DNA of 64,000 nt, taken from NCBI GenBank assembly GCA_964016885.1, contig OZ024762.1, forward strand, positions 24,552,001 to 24,616,000, written 5' to 3'. The notes under the pieces are model-generated. The model was given only the letters and a program-made list of their open reading frames with translations, was not told where the DNA came from and ran no database searches. The stretch's first letter is position 1. Every line of letters begins with the position of its first letter. This document shows, piece by piece, positions 23,194-38,408 of this stretch. Source of the DNA: Eledone cirrhosa. Lineage: Eukaryota. A program made the position numbers and the translations under genes.

Positions 23194-24291
23194 ACATATA
23201 TAGCATATACACATACAGACTATGTATATATATATATGTATATATATGTATGTATATATACACGAAGCAAAATACCACCCTGAGAATTTTTAAATGTGGC
23301 TACTAAATGCCCCACTCCCCCAATCAGAGTGGTGTTGTCGAATATTAATATCGGAACGATATTGATTTTGGAACAATAATAATAATGATGATAACAATAA
23401 CAATAACAACAATGACAATTTAAAAAAAAAAATCATGCATATTAAGAATATATATACGAAGAAATTTTTTTTTTTTTTTCGAGCAGCAAAGAATCATGGG
23501 AAAAAAAAATGAGGTAAATTTAGAAAAAAAACAAAAAAAAAATTAAAATAAAATATTTGGAAAAATGTAAACCCTTTCCCCGGAAAATACCAGATATCGG
23601 AATGATAACGACTATATATGCTAATGACATTTCTGTTTTTGCGGCATTTAACCGAAGACAAATAAGAAATAGAACTGAAATGAAACAGAGAGAGAGAAAG
23701 AAGGAAAGAAAAAAAAAAGAAAGAAAGAAAAAGAGAAAATTGGAAAGGTAATAAATATTTAAAGAATTTAAAAGAGAGGAATTTTGAAATTTGCAAAAAA
23801 AAAAAAAAATAATAATAATTTTAAAATGACAACAAAAATGTACAAAACTAAGCAAAAAAAACAACAAAACAAAACAAATATCAACTCGTTTTAAAGAATG
23901 AAACACATACACATTTACACTTACAAACACACACATGGATATATATATGTATGTATGTATGTATGTATATGTATATATATGCAAATGAATATGTATATAT
24001 ATGCAAATGAATATGTATATATATATGCATATGTATATAAGTAAACACACTAACACAAACCCCACAAGCAAGTTCAAAATGGTACAGAGGAGGAATTTAA
24101 AAGATGAAGAAGACAAAGACGAAGAAGAAGAAGAAATATCCTCTACCAACTTAAATTTAGGGGAGAGGTAAATACATTCACCCTTCCCTATAAAAGCATA
24201 TAAGTAAAAAAAAAGAGACACATACACTCACGCACATATATGCATACAGACAGGCAGTATATGTATATACATATATATGTAAGTTTTTGTT

Positions 24292-24325
<34 letters not shown>

Positions 24326-24768
24326 ATAATATAAATATATATATGTATATATATACCTGCCACTATGATAATGAAATGGTTTAAAAGAGAATGGAGATAA
24401 AGCAATTTTTTTTTTATATCTTTTGGACTAAAGTGGAATTTTTTTTTGTTTGTATATGATATTTTTCATTCTATGTTTTATTTCAATTTCAATTTTTAAT
24501 TGTTATTCTTTTCAGCTTTTAAAAACAATCTTAACACACACATATATATATATATATATATATGAATGTGTTTGTTTGTGTGTGTATCCATATATATATA
24601 TAGTTCAGATCTGGCTGTTGAAACGAGCTCAGCTCTCGAGGTCCCGAATTGTTCATATATATATACATAAATACACACACACACATATATACACATGTAT
24701 ATATATATATATATATATACACATATGTATATATATATACATAAATACACACACATGCATATATACAC

Positions 24769-24807
<39 letters not shown>

Positions 24808-24851
24808 TATATATATATATATATAAATACACACATGCATATATACACATG

Positions 24852-24937
<86 letters not shown>

Positions 24938-24966
24938 AATACACACGCATATATACACATGTATAT

Positions 24967-25001
<35 letters not shown>

Positions 25002-25094
25002 CATACATACATACATACATACATACACATGCAATATACATTTTTCACCTGCATTGAATGGTTAGTTCTCACTACATGATACATTGGCAAGATC

Positions 25095-25125
<31 letters not shown>

Positions 25126-25255
25126 TAAGCATCAGTACCAACATTATCAACAACAATCACGACAACATCAACGGCAACAATTGTCACCACTACTACCACC
25201 AATACCACCACTACTACCACTACTTCCACAACCATGTATTATTATAGATCAAAAG

Positions 25256-25820
25256 GGCGGTGGATTGGCAGTATCAGTAGAGGGTCGGACGCCATGCTTT
25301 CCAGCATAGTTACGTCCCTTTACGATCTGAGTTCAAATCCCGCTGAGGTTGACTTTGCCTTTCATCCTTATGGGGTCGATAAAATAAAGTACCAGTAATG
25401 CACTGGGTAATTGCTGGCCTTGTGCCTAAAGTAGAAACAATTATTATAGATCAAAAGCGGTGGAATGGCAGTAGAGTCGGTAGATCGCCGGACAACATGC
25501 TTTGTGGTATATAGTTATGATCCTTTACGTTCTCAGTTCAAATCCCGCCAGTTCATCCTTACAGAGTCAATGAAACAAAGTACCAGTAATGCACTGGGGC
25601 CAATTTAATCAACTTTCCTTTTGCCAAAAATTGCTGGCCTTGTGCCTAAATCAGAAACGATTATCATCATTAAATGATAATGAGGTGGCGGAGTGAGGTG
25701 GTTTAGCAGCATACATAAAGCGTTGAACAAAATGGCTTGTGGTATTCACTTGTATCTTTCTATGTTCCGAGTTCAAATCACACCGAGGTCAACTTTGCTC
25801 TACATTCTTTCTAGAATGAT
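25256..25820 (+). mobile_element. SINE family A cluster (young copy inserted at the head of an older one)
   Basis: 18-bp TSD attattatagatcaaaag at 25238-55 and 25440-57. Two older copies follow. Confidence 0.87.
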
Positions 25821-26047
25821 AAAATGAAGAGCTGGTTAATTTCTAGGGCAGTTAATTAGATTGGATCTCATTAATATATGATATGTTAAAACTAGGTGGG
25901 CGAGAAAGAGGTAGGGATTAATATCTCATATTAAAATATGTCGGATGGGTCATGGATGTTATAGTAATAATAATAATATTAAGAAAATTAGAAAGATTAA
26001 TAATAATGATAATAATGATTTCATTTATTGGCCACAAGGGCCGATAT

Positions 26048-26432
26048 GATGATAAGCTCAATAAATATAAAGATCTGTTAATTGAAATTGAAGAAAATGC
26101 GGCATCTTAAAGCCTGTACAATACTTATGGTAGTCAATGCACTTGGAATGATAAAAAAGGTAACTGAAAAATATTTGCATCAGATACCTGGAAAGCCATC
26201 TCTGCAAGAGATACAGAAAATAGTGCTGACTGGCCCTGTCCATGTCTTGAGAAGGACAGCATTATTAATTTCAAAACCTTGCAAAAACATTTACTGATGT
26301 TTGCATCCCGGTGGTGTCATTTGTATAACAATTGATTGTACCAAATTTTACCTCAGGTCTCAGGTTGACACTTGGGAAGATATGGGAAAGAAGCAGAATT
26401 CAAAGGAAGTTTCAAATAATAATAATAATAAT
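26048..26432 (+). pseudogene. 3' fragment of an R4/Dong-like restriction-endonuclease non-LTR retrotransposon
   Basis: Frameshifted translation KYKDLLIEIE..HLKA...VVNALGMIKK..EKYLHQIPGKPSLQEIQKIVLTG..HVLRR, then a short UTR and (TAA)n tail, within TAA repeats. Confidence 0.7.
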
Positions 26433-26808
26433 AGTAAAATAAGTTGGAATAATAGTAATCATAATATCAGAAACAGGTAATTAATAACTATTCCAGTGGG
26501 GGTTTATCTATCATATTTTGTGGTGGATGGGATGGGATCGAGAAGAGAATGCTCAAAATTGTATCACACATTCATAGATACACAGAAATATAGATAGACA
26601 GATTAATGGCTGGAGTTATTTAGAGTAACTGCAACTCGAGTAGAAAGATTGAAGCTTAAAGATTAACGAGATTAAAGTCAAATGAATATTCATGAGATTA
26701 ATGGTTGTTGGTGAAATAGAAAACTACACAATAAAACATAACAAAAATACTACACATACCTTCAAACAATATATGCTGTTGCTGTACAATATAGATATAT
26801 ATATACAT

Positions 26809-26877
<69 letters not shown>

Positions 26878-27434
26878 TGTATATATATGTATGTATACAC
26901 ATATATACATACATACATACATATACATATACAAACACACACATATATTCACACTAATTAGATGGTTAATCTATATACACACGTTTTTATATGATGATAT
27001 AAAATTTTCAGATTCTTCAGATTGAGTGAATGTTAGTCAGCCAGAGGGCGTTAATAATAATAATAGTAATAATAATAATAATAATAATACTAATAGTTAT
27101 TATTATTAGCGCTATTTTTTATATGGGGTTGGGTTTTTAAGTGTGTCTGGTTATTTAATGGAACATTATTTTAATTTTTTCATATTAATTTTTTAAATAT
27201 TTTTTCTGGAAAGTTTGTAAGTGTCTTAGCATTTAGAGGAAGAGAGAGAGTGTGAGAGAGAATTTCTATTTATTAATTTTTCCTGGTGTATTCAGCTTTA
27301 CCAATTCTTATCTAGTCAAAGACCTGCACACATGATACAATACAATGCATATAAATATAAACATGTGTTATACATATATATATACACATATAAATAGACA
27401 CACACACATACATGTTTATATATATATACATATA

Positions 27435-27466
<32 letters not shown>

Positions 27467-27935
27467 GTGTGTGTGTGTGTCTGCATATATACATAATACA
27501 CGCATAAACATTTTTCTTTTCTAAATATTTTGTTTATTTAAATCTGTTTTTTTTTTTTGTATTTTTTTTTGCAGCACTTATAAAATCTCCATAACACCCC
27601 GCCCCTCTCTCCTCTGCGTCTCTGTCTTTATAAGGCCCACAACAATGAGCCACACTAACAACAACATTAAACATTATCATCGTTATCATCGATATCATCA
27701 TCATCATCATCATCATCAATTTTAACACCCCCCCACTCTCGCCTAGCTCAACAAACATTGGATTTTCATCTCTGATTCTGCTATGTTTACACTCACCAAA
27801 TCACTACATGTACCCACACACATACATACATATATATACTCGCTTATAAACATACATACATGCAATATCATACATGCATATACACATATAAGGTGCTATT
27901 GTAGTCTAAATTTTTAGTGTAAGGTTTTGTATTCT

Positions 27936-27993
<58 letters not shown>

Positions 27994-28275
27994 TAGAGTA
28001 ATTAGGCAAAATATAAAATTTAATTGAACAAAGGGTATTATTGAAAGAAGAATCATGCATGTGTATTTGTGTGTATATATATATAATATATATATATATA
28101 CATAAAGACACACAGAAGCGAGAGAAAAACCCCGATGAAGAATGTACACAGTATTACAATGAGAATCTAGTCAATAAAGTTTCATATGTGATCATGGTTC
28201 ATCATAATCTATCTGTACACATATGGATGTGTGTATATATATATATACACACACATGCACACACACATATATATG

Positions 28276-28327
<52 letters not shown>

Positions 28328-28422
28328 CACATGAGGGTCTAATGAAGCTTAGCAAAATACATGACTTGCTGGCATATCAGGTCCATGCTCAAATAATATA
28401 TATATGTGTGTGTATATATGTG

Positions 28423-28457
<35 letters not shown>

Positions 28458-28458
28458 A

Positions 28459-28493
<35 letters not shown>

Positions 28494-28844
28494 CACATAT
28501 ATACACACACATATATACAGAGGTAAAGAGATGGAGGGGATGTATGGTAAAGATTGTATATGGAATTATTTCGGGCTGCTATTAGCCTTTCATTTATATT
28601 TATGTATTTGTGGGCCAGACACTTTCAGAAAATCTTCCGTATTATGATTCAGTTCACGTGGTTAGTGTTCTCCATCTTAGTCAAAGAACTGCTACCATGT
28701 GTTTGCTATGGGAAAATCTTAGGCATTTGTGTTTCTATTTGTCTCTTTCTATATGTAATGTAATTTGATATTGTACAATCAACAGCTAGGGTAAAAAATG
28801 GCTACAAATTGATTCGTTGAATTATGTTATAGTTACATAACAGT

Positions 28845-29130
28845 GGAGGCATGTGACCTAGTGGTAAGGGTGTTGGACTTACGGTCATAATGTTGTGGGT
28901 TCAATTCCTGGACTGGGTTGTATGTTGTATTCTTGAGCAAAACACTTCATTTCACATTGCTCCAGTATATTCAGCTGAAAATGTGTACCAGCTGTAGCTG
29001 GGGGTTTAACCCTGTGATGGACTAGTGTCCTCTCCAGTGTGGAATCTTGTACTCTCAGTTGCTTAAAGCCACAGAAAATGGAATAAGAACCACCCTGATG
29101 AGCCTCTGGTCTTGAAACAGGCTTTACACT
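28845..29130 (+). mobile_element. SINE family B-related element
   Basis: ggaggcatgtgacctagtggtaagggtg...ggttcaattcc...ttgagcaaaacacttc. Relatives at 37140-37420 (+), 49360-49640 (+), 6190-6315 (-) and 56890-57050 (-). Confidence 0.75.
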
Positions 29131-29599
29131 TTCTTTTACATAATACACTCCTCTATTCACCTGCCCAGTGTAGAATATCCTTGACCAAAGAACATTTTTT
29201 AAGGATGATAGGCTGAGCTGGGATGTGTTAGGGTTGTGTACTGGAAGTCAAATTTAGGTGTAATTCATTTATGTGTGAATACGTGTGTGTGTGAAAAGGT
29301 GGTGGTGGGGGATTATGGGATTTAAGTCAGTATTATTTAAATTCTACTAATTAGTCCCTTCGTTAACCAATAATGTTTGGTTGGCTCCTCCTTTCTCTTC
29401 TCTTTTTTGTTCTGTCTCTCACTTACACACACACACACATGCAATAAACATCATATATAGAACAGGGGAATAAGTGGGAATGACTAAATTGGAAATATGC
29501 CCAGTGTTCAGTTTTTGTTTCATCTTCCATTTCACTCGTCTATCTCCCTCTTGTTTGTAAAGACACATTATTTACATATATAATACATGTAAATAATAA

Positions 29600-29820
29600 A
29601 ATGGTAGATTGGCAGTAGAATCCGTAGAGCATCGGACAACATGGTTTGCGGCATATGGACTTATGTCTCTTTACGTTCTGTGTTCAAATCCTGCCGAGGT
29701 TTGCTTTGCCATTCATCCTTGCAAGATTGATAAAATAAAGTACCAGTAATCCACTGGGGTCAATTTAATCGACTTTCCCCTCTCTCTGAATTGTTGGCCT
29801 TGTGTCTAAATTGGAAACCA
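29600..29820 (+). mobile_element. SINE family A
   Basis: gattggcagtagaatccgtagagc...gttcaaatcc...gataaaataaagtaccagtaat. Confidence 0.8.
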
Positions 29821-30040
29821 CTAGTGAATATTTCAATCACCACAGCTGCACACCACGCCCTCCATCTTAGGAGTGCCACAATAAAATATTGCTGATGTAT
29901 CTTTGTACACATCCAATAGTCAGACATAGACTGTTCTTTACCACTGAATAAAACTATAGATTTTAGCCAACACTATACTATGCAGTGCTGAGTACCCCTT
30001 TAATGGAGTACTATTAGCATGCAATAAATTTACATTTATG

Positions 30041-30072
<32 letters not shown>

Positions 30073-30234
30073 AGTCAACAGGTTAAAATTCACTATGTTT
30101 ATTCATAGTCGCTGTTATATATATTTTGGTGATAACCATTATGCAACAGCTATATGGCGTGCATCTTTTTATGAGCATATATATATGTGTATCTGTCTAT
30201 CTCTCTCTCTCTCTATATATATATGCATATACAT

Positions 30235-30275
<41 letters not shown>

Positions 30276-30738
30276 TGTGTAAAATATGTGTGAGCATGTG
30301 TGTAATTTTTTTTTTCTAATTTAATAAAGCCACCAACATTTATCAAACATGCATCTTAGATAATGTGCTTTCTTGCCAAAATTACTAAACATTAATTACA
30401 ATCACTATTATTATTATTATTATTATTATTACTCATTATTTTTTTGTCTATTTGGATAGTTAATTAACACAAAATAATATCAAAATATTAAGCAAGCAAA
30501 AACAAGCATTTTATATATGTACATACATGTTAGTTCTGCAACAGTTAGCAAACTACCTTTGAAGATATGTTTCACCTTTTGGATTTTTGTGTCCAGGAAG
30601 ATAGTTTACTAAGTGTTGTGGCACTAACTTTATACCCAACTTGTCCTATGGACTGAGTGCTTTACATACTACAGATATAATCTTCCAGTGTTCTACCAAT
30701 ATATATGTATATACCTACATATATATATATATATATAT

Positions 30739-30990
30739 ATATTTATTAAAATAACAGATTAAAGTTTATGCAAAGAATCGCTGCTTTCACCCTTAACGGG
30801 ATCTTCTGACACTAACAAAGTCAATCTGTAAACGCAGAAGTATCGTCTTCCTGTCTTCCTCCGGTTGCAACGTTTTTTGAAATATTCACTTCTGTGTTTA
30901 CAGATTGATTTTGTTAGTTTCAGAAGATCCCGTTAAGGGTGAAAGCAGCGATTCTTTGCTTAAACTTTAATCTGTTATTTTAATAAATAT
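30739..30990. mobile_element. Foldback element (~103-bp arms, 46-nt spacer) with HHR-like variant core
   Basis: Arms 30739-30841 and 30888-30990. Right arm reads agttt CAGAAGA t-ccc-gttaa-ggg-t GAAA gcag-cgattct-ttgc TT aaact. Confidence 0.55.
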
Positions 30991-31072
30991 TTGCTCTACG
31001 GTTCTTATATATTTGATATATATTTATCCTTATCGAGCCCTCTTTGGATTTTAGTCTTCAAATTTATTATTA

Positions 31073-31136
<64 letters not shown>

Positions 31137-31798
31137 CAGAAATTACACACACACATTTACACATAAGCAAACACATACATCCAAAATCATTCTAGCAGTA
31201 ATGTTAATATACAGAAACAAATGCTTACCAAAATCCGGGATCTGATTTATAAAAGACAGTAAACAAAGAATTTTGAAATACTCAGATATTATATTTAAAA
31301 GATAATATTCCATTAACATAATTTTTATCCTTATTATTTGTCATTTAAAATGCTGTTTTCATCCTTTTCAATTTATTTATAATTTTCCCCTTTGGAATTT
31401 CACTTTTTTTTTTCTTCTTCTAAACTAAATTTTGCTCTGAGGACCTCGACCTCCCCAACTTTCTCTGTGTGAATGTGTATATGTGTATATATGCAATTGT
31501 TATTAGTAATATTATCAGAGCAGTGGATTGGCAAACTGGTTAGGGTTTTGGATGAAATGCCTTACAGTGTTCAAATACAGCCCTAAATCTTCTGAGTTCA
31601 AATCCCACAGATATCAACTATGCCTTTCATCTTTCTGGGGATTGGGGGAAAGGGATTGACTAAATAAAGTACCAGTTATATACTACGGTCGATTTTATCT
31701 GACTAACATCTTCCCCCAAGTTCATAATAGTGGATAGAAAACTAAAGATATGAACATGTAAAATTGTATATATATATATACATATATATATACATACA

Positions 31799-31857
<59 letters not shown>

Positions 31858-32504
31858 ACATATGTATATATGACTGAGAGGAGTGTATGTTTGGGGTGAT
31901 CCTATTCTATGCGAAGCTAATCTATATACATTGTGTTTTTTTGGTTTTTTTGGCTTCCTAGATGTTGCTCTTTATTCCTTTTGCTGTTTGTCAAGACATT
32001 CACATATCTACATACATACATATATACATATATATATATATACATTCATATATATATGTGTATATATAAATATATATATATATATACATATATATACATT
32101 CATATATATATGTGTATATATAAATATATATATATATACATATATATACATTCATATATATATGTATATATACATATATATATGAATGTATGTAGATATA
32201 TATATATATGTATATACACACATACATACACATATGCAGATGCACAAACGCTTTCATATATGCACTTGCACAACAAATGATAGACCAACCATCTCAGTTT
32301 ATTTCAGAACAAATGGCATGGCAACGTATTTAGTATGTCAACTATTTGATAAATATTTCTTCCTTTTAATTCAGAGTCAAATCTTCCATTGAATATATGT
32401 TTTCATGTGTATATATTGCTGTATATATATTCTACACATTGCTTATATGGTTGGAGGAGCATATATATGTGTTTGTTGTGTTTTGTGCATATGTGTGAAT
32501 TTGT

Positions 32505-32743
32505 GTGTGTGTATATATATATATGTGTGTGTGTGTGTATTTATGTATGTATGTGTATAAATATATATATATATATATATATGTATGTATATATGTATGT
32601 ATATATGTATGTATATATATATATGTATATATATGTATATATATGTATATATATATGTATATATGTGTATATATATGTATATATATATATGTATATATAT
32701 ATGTATATATGTGTATATATATGTATATATATATATGTATATA

Positions 32744-32784
<41 letters not shown>

Positions 32785-32839
32785 ATATATATATGTGTAT
32801 ATATATATGTATATATATATATATGTGTATATGTATATA

Positions 32840-32878
<39 letters not shown>

Positions 32879-32943
32879 ATATATATATGTGTATATATAT
32901 ATGTATATATATATATATGTGTATATATATATGTATATATATA

Positions 32944-32994
<51 letters not shown>

Positions 32995-33025
32995 AAACAC
33001 ACATATTTATATATATATATGTGTG
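32505..33025. repeat. Compound (TA)/(TG) microsatellite
   Basis: Direct inspection. Confidence 0.95.
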
Positions 33026-33034
33026 AATGAAGTA

Positions 33035-33342
33035 TTTCCATCGGAAAGGTACAGGAAAAAAGAGTGCTCTATGTAGGCTATATATATATACATTTATTTA
33101 TATATGTATATATATATATATACACATATATTTATATATGTGTGTGTATGTATATATATTTAGATATATATTTCTATATGTGTATATATACAATGATTGG
33201 AATAGCCCATGGTCATGAAAGGAACCAATGTTAAGGAAAACAGAATTTCCTGTATAAGTAGATTTATTTATATTCCTGCAACATGGCCATAATGTTTCTG
33301 TAAAGCCTGTATTTGCTAAGTAAGCTTCATCAGACAACTAGT
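33035..33342 (-). mobile_element. Decayed HHR-family element fragments
   Basis: ggaaaggtacaggaaaaaagagtgctctatgtaggcta at 33043. Reverse strand reads CTGATGA agctt...GAAA cattatg at ~33285-33333. Confidence 0.45.
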
Positions 33343-34159
33343 TTATGATCTTGTTTATTGATTACAGTACACACCTTAACAGAAACATCATAGCCATGTT
33401 ATAAGAATTTGAATATCATATATATGAGTGTGATTGTGTTTATATGTTCTTTCTTGTATACACACACATAAGGTAACTATGCATATTTATATGAAAATAC
33501 CATGTTAAGTTATATCTAAATATATATTTACTGACTTTAATTTTTTGTTTATATAAATGCTATCTCCTTTCTTCGTTTTTTTTTCCCCCTCTAAAAAAAT
33601 CTTTTTTTTTCTGCCGATTCTTGTTTTTCAGCGCAAAATCATGTGTATTATCATTTTCGTTTTTTTTTTTGTTTTTTTTTTTTCTTTTTCTTTTGAAATT
33701 TATTTTCCTGAAATGTTATCAAATGAAATTCCTCTTCTGCCTTGTTTTTTGCTCATCATTTAAGCTCAGTCCAAAAAAAAGAAAAAAAAATTTTTTTTTT
33801 TAAAGTATGAATATATATATAAATAAAAAAAAAATTAATACAAACAAAAGACAAAAACAAAACAAAACATATACAATTATATATATATACAAAAAAATAT
33901 ATTCAGAAAAACTGAAAATTTTGTTTTTCTTAAAATAATTTTTTTAAAAGTTTTTTTATTATTTTTTTTTTTTCATTTATTAAAATTTCAACAAAAAAAA
34001 ATTCCTCTTTTGAATTGTCCTTCATTTTTTTTTTCCTAATTGAAATTATTCTTTGCGTGTAACTTATATATATATATATATATGTATATATATGTATATA
34101 TATTAATCTTCGTTTAATATTTTAAAATGGATATGTTTATCATTATTATTTTTGTCATA

Positions 34160-36310
34160 AGGGCGGTGGATTTGCAGTAATCGGTAGAGCGTCAAACAAC
34201 ATGCTATGCAGCGTAGAGTTACGGCCCTTTACGTTCTGAGTTCAAGTCCTGCCAAGGTGTAGCTTTGCCTTTCATCCTTACGGGGTCGATAAAATAAAGT
34301 ACCAGTAATACACTGGTGTCGATTTAATCGACTTTCCCCCCTTTCCTTCAAAAAATTGCTGGCCTTGTGCCTATATAAGAAACCATTATTATTATCATAA
34401 TTTATCATTACTACATAGAATTATGGAGACCCCCCTTGGAGACCCCCCCCTGCTCCTCAACCTCCTTTCTTTCAACTTATTCATTTGAGGTTAACTTTGC
34501 CTTTCTTCCTTACGGGGTTTGATAAAATAAAGGACCAGTAATACACTGGGGTAATTGCTGGCCTTGTGCCAAAAGTAGAACCAATTATTAATACCGAGGT
34601 TAACTTTGCCTTTCATCCTTACAGGGTTGATACAATAAAGTACCAGTAATACACTGGGGTAATTGCTGGCCTTGTGCCAAAAGTAGAACCAATTATTATG
34701 ACAGAATAGTGAGGCTAGCAGACGAAATTCTTTGCAATATTTCTTCCTGCTCTTAAAAGTCCTGAGTTCAGATCCCACTGAGGGAGGTCAAATTTGCCTT
34801 TCATCCTTACAGATGTCGATAAAATAATATACCAGCTATTTACTGGGTCGATATAACCAACTTCGCTTTCCCCCTTTAGAAAAAAAAAAAAATCCCCTTC
34901 AACAAACAAACATTATTGGCCCTTGTGGCCCAAGTTAAAAACCATATTTACACTAGATTTGTGAAGCCATTTGTGCTACAGTTTCTTCTGTTCCCGGTTT
35001 GTACATCATTATTGTGGATCTTGCTGATACATCTTACTGCTGTAGACATATGCTCTGTGCCCCCATGCCCTCCCCCAGAAAGAAATCTAAGCCCTGCCCC
35101 ACCCACCCCTCTTTTATTTCTGTAAGAATTTCCCTTCCCTCCCTTATTATATTTTGGGGAATTATGGATTGTCAGAATAGTTTGAGCATCAGACAGATAC
35201 CTAGTGGTATTAGTTCCAGCTCTTTTATTTTCTGATTTCAAATCCCGCCAAGAGCAACTTTGCTTTTCAACTTTCCAAATTCAATAAAATAAAGTACCAG
35301 TTATGTACTGGGCTCAACATAGTTGATTTTCTTTCCCCTTTCATCCTTATGGGGTTGATAAAATAAAGCACCAGTAATACACTGGGGTTAATTCAATCGA
35401 CTTTCCCTCCTTTCCCCAAATTGCTGCCCTTATGCCTCAATCAGAAATCATATTAGGGGAAAAGAGAGTTGGAAATTAGCTGAAGCGGTAGAGCAACAAA
35501 CGAAAATGTCTTGTGCTACTTTTTTATTACTCCTCACAGTCTGAATGTCCCCATTCTCCCTGACACAAATAAATAAAATAAATCTATTAGGGGTCGATAT
35601 AATTTACTATGTTAGCACTTACCCACCCACCTTATCCATTCTCTTTAACATACAAAATTTGGGGCATTGTACCTATATTAGAAGTTAAGGGCGGTGGATT
35701 GGCAGTATTGGGAGAGGGTCGGACGCCATGCTTTGACGTATAGAGTTACGGCCCTTGCCATTCTGAGTTCAAATCCCGCCGAGGTTAACTTTGCCTTTCA
35801 TCCTTACGAGGTCGATAAAATAAAGTACCAGTAATGCACTGGGTAATTGCTGGCCTTGTGCCTAACGTAGAAACAATTATTATTATTATTATTATTCTTG
35901 GAGTCCCGTCATTGATGTTATTTAACTGGAAAGTTTGTTCAAATGAACATCAAGCCACTACCTGCAGCCTCAGATATTCAGGACGCATCGGAGGGTTCTT
36001 GCTGTTCCCAGCAAAGCATGCCTTTTGAAGTGTTCCCCAAAAAAAGAGGGGGGGGGGGCTGGACTAATGTTCTTTAACCATCCTTGAAAACTCTTCGAGA
36101 TAGTACCCATTATTATTATTATTGTTTTTCTTCTTATTATCATTATTATTCAGGGTGGTAACTGGCAGAATCAATAGAGTGTCGGACAAAATAATTAATT
36201 GCCTTGTGGTATTTAAGTTACGTCCGTTTATGTTCTCAGTTTGAAATCCAGCCGAGCTGGACTGTGGTCAATTAAATTGACCGTTCTCTCTTCCAAATAT
36301 TTTGTGGCCT
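34160..36310 (+). mobile_element. Dense cluster of ~8 SINE family A copies and fragments
   Basis: Repeated heads, B-boxes and bodies at ~34160, 34486, 34590, 34700, 35160, 35335, 35688 and 36155. Confidence 0.8.
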
Positions 36311-37570
36311 TTCTGGCCAATGTTGAAAAAACAAAAAGTTAAAAAAAAAAATAATAATTTCATCACTATCATCATCATAATTATCATCATTATTATTATT
36401 ATCATCATATTAATAAAGAAATCTTTATTATTAATATTACTATTATTATTATTATTATTATTATTACTACTATTCATATTAATATCATCATTATCATTAT
36501 TGTACCGTAACATAACCATATGCAGGTGAAACTCCTGAAATGTGCAATATTCTCATTCGTTTTCATTACTCACATCCCAAATACTCCTGGCCTGCTCTTT
36601 CACACAAACTCACACACACACACACAGACAAATGCAGATATCCACACAAACCCACACTTATTTTTTTTTTTCTTCCTTGACTCACTCATGACTGTATTTT
36701 TAATGAATAACACTTTATTTTAATTAATTAATGAAGAATTTCAAGGGATTTACTAAAATTATTAATTATTTCATTACTAAGACAGTAATTTAATATAAGG
36801 TTGTTATATATAAAATTATGTTGGAAGATTTTAATTTGAATTGGAAACTGTTAAAACGGAGGTTTTATTACATAGAACGAGAGCCAGTTTTGACTAAAGG
36901 GTTAAGCTGTAAAAAAAATAGCAAAAATCAGGAAATACAAATTGAAATTTAAAATATAAACTATGATGCAGCTTGGCAAAATTATTATGGTGTTGGACTA
37001 AAATACCCCTGAAGGATTTAGTTATGGCTTTCTGGGATTTGAGTTCAATTCCTGCCAAAGTCAAATTTTCTCTGTCTTTTTTGTTTTTATTGTTCCAAGT
37101 GGAGAATTGATAAAATAAAATGGCAATAAATTTATTTTGTGGAGGCACGTGGCTAAGTGGTAAGGGTGTTGGACTTACAATCATAATGTGGTGGGTTTGA
37201 TTCCTGGGTTGCGTGTTGTGTTCTTGAGCAAAACACTTCATTTCACGTTGCTCCAGTATACTCAGCTGAAAATGAGTACCAGCAATAGCTGGGGTTTAAA
37301 TCTGTGATAGACTGGCATCCTGTCCAGGGGAGAGTCTTGTACTCTCAGTCGTTTCACGCCATGAAACCAGGATAAGCATCAGCCTTATGTCCTTTAAATG
37401 ACTTAAGATAGACTTTAGACTTTAGAACTAAGTTATACTAGCATGTCAGTTGACTTTAATATTAGAATGGCATTCTACATATGAATGAAATTATAATAGA
37501 TCTTCAACAATTATGTAAAAAATCCCTGCAATGACCATAGTTTCTAAACTTGGTTTTATGTTATATGAAG

Positions 37571-37796
37571 TTAACCTTTTAGCAAATACAATACTTTACT
37601 ATTGTATTTTCGCGGTAAAGGCTTTATCTTACATAATTATCTAACATAATATCGAATCTATGTGATTTTGATGATGTTATTGTTTTTTGAGAACCATACC
37701 TCAACATCAGTATGAGTTGCCGGTTAGAGCCAGTTTAAACAGAAAAGAGTGAGAGAATTCTGGCCGGATATGGCCGATTTAAATGCTAAAGGGTTA
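37571..37796 (+). mobile_element. piggyBac-type MITE copy
   Basis: ttaaccttttagc...tttaaatgctaaagggttaa. Confidence 0.78.
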
Positions 37797-38376
37797 AAAA
37801 AAAATAAAAGAAATTTTTTCATTCATTTTTTAAAAGAATTAATATGCAAAAACATAAATTAAGAAGTACACAAATCAAATATTTAAACCAAATAATCAAT
37901 AAAATCAAACGAACCCCCACCCCTAAAATAATTAACAATAAAAAAACAAAAACAAAACAAATTTTTACCCATTCTGAAGACTTTTTTTCTTTCCTTCTAT
38001 CTATAAAGGTCGCTGATTTTCTTTTAAACTGTTTTAAAATATTCGAAAATTAAAAAAAAAAAAAACAATTTTTTTTTCTCTCTTGTTCTTCCAGCAGACA
38101 AAAAAAAAAGAAAAAAATGTATGGTTAGTTGGTGGGCTGTTAAATAGCTAACTGACTCATATAATAACCTATATATATAGTTTGTACATAAGTTTGTCTA
38201 CAGTGACATATGCATTTATATATATATATATATCATGTGCATATTTATGTGTATGTAATATGTATATATAAACATGATTATGGAAAAATAATACGAAAAA
38301 AATCAGTTTCATAAAATGCCTCTTTGCTTCCCCCTTCCTCATTCCCTAGGCTTCAATGAACACACAAAAACCCACA

Positions 38377-38404
<28 letters not shown>

Positions 38405-38408
<4 letters not shown>

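Noticed and set aside
25058-25309. PolyQ/Pro ORF
   Set aside because: (CAA)n/(CCA)n simple repeat running into a SINE, with no splice or homology support.
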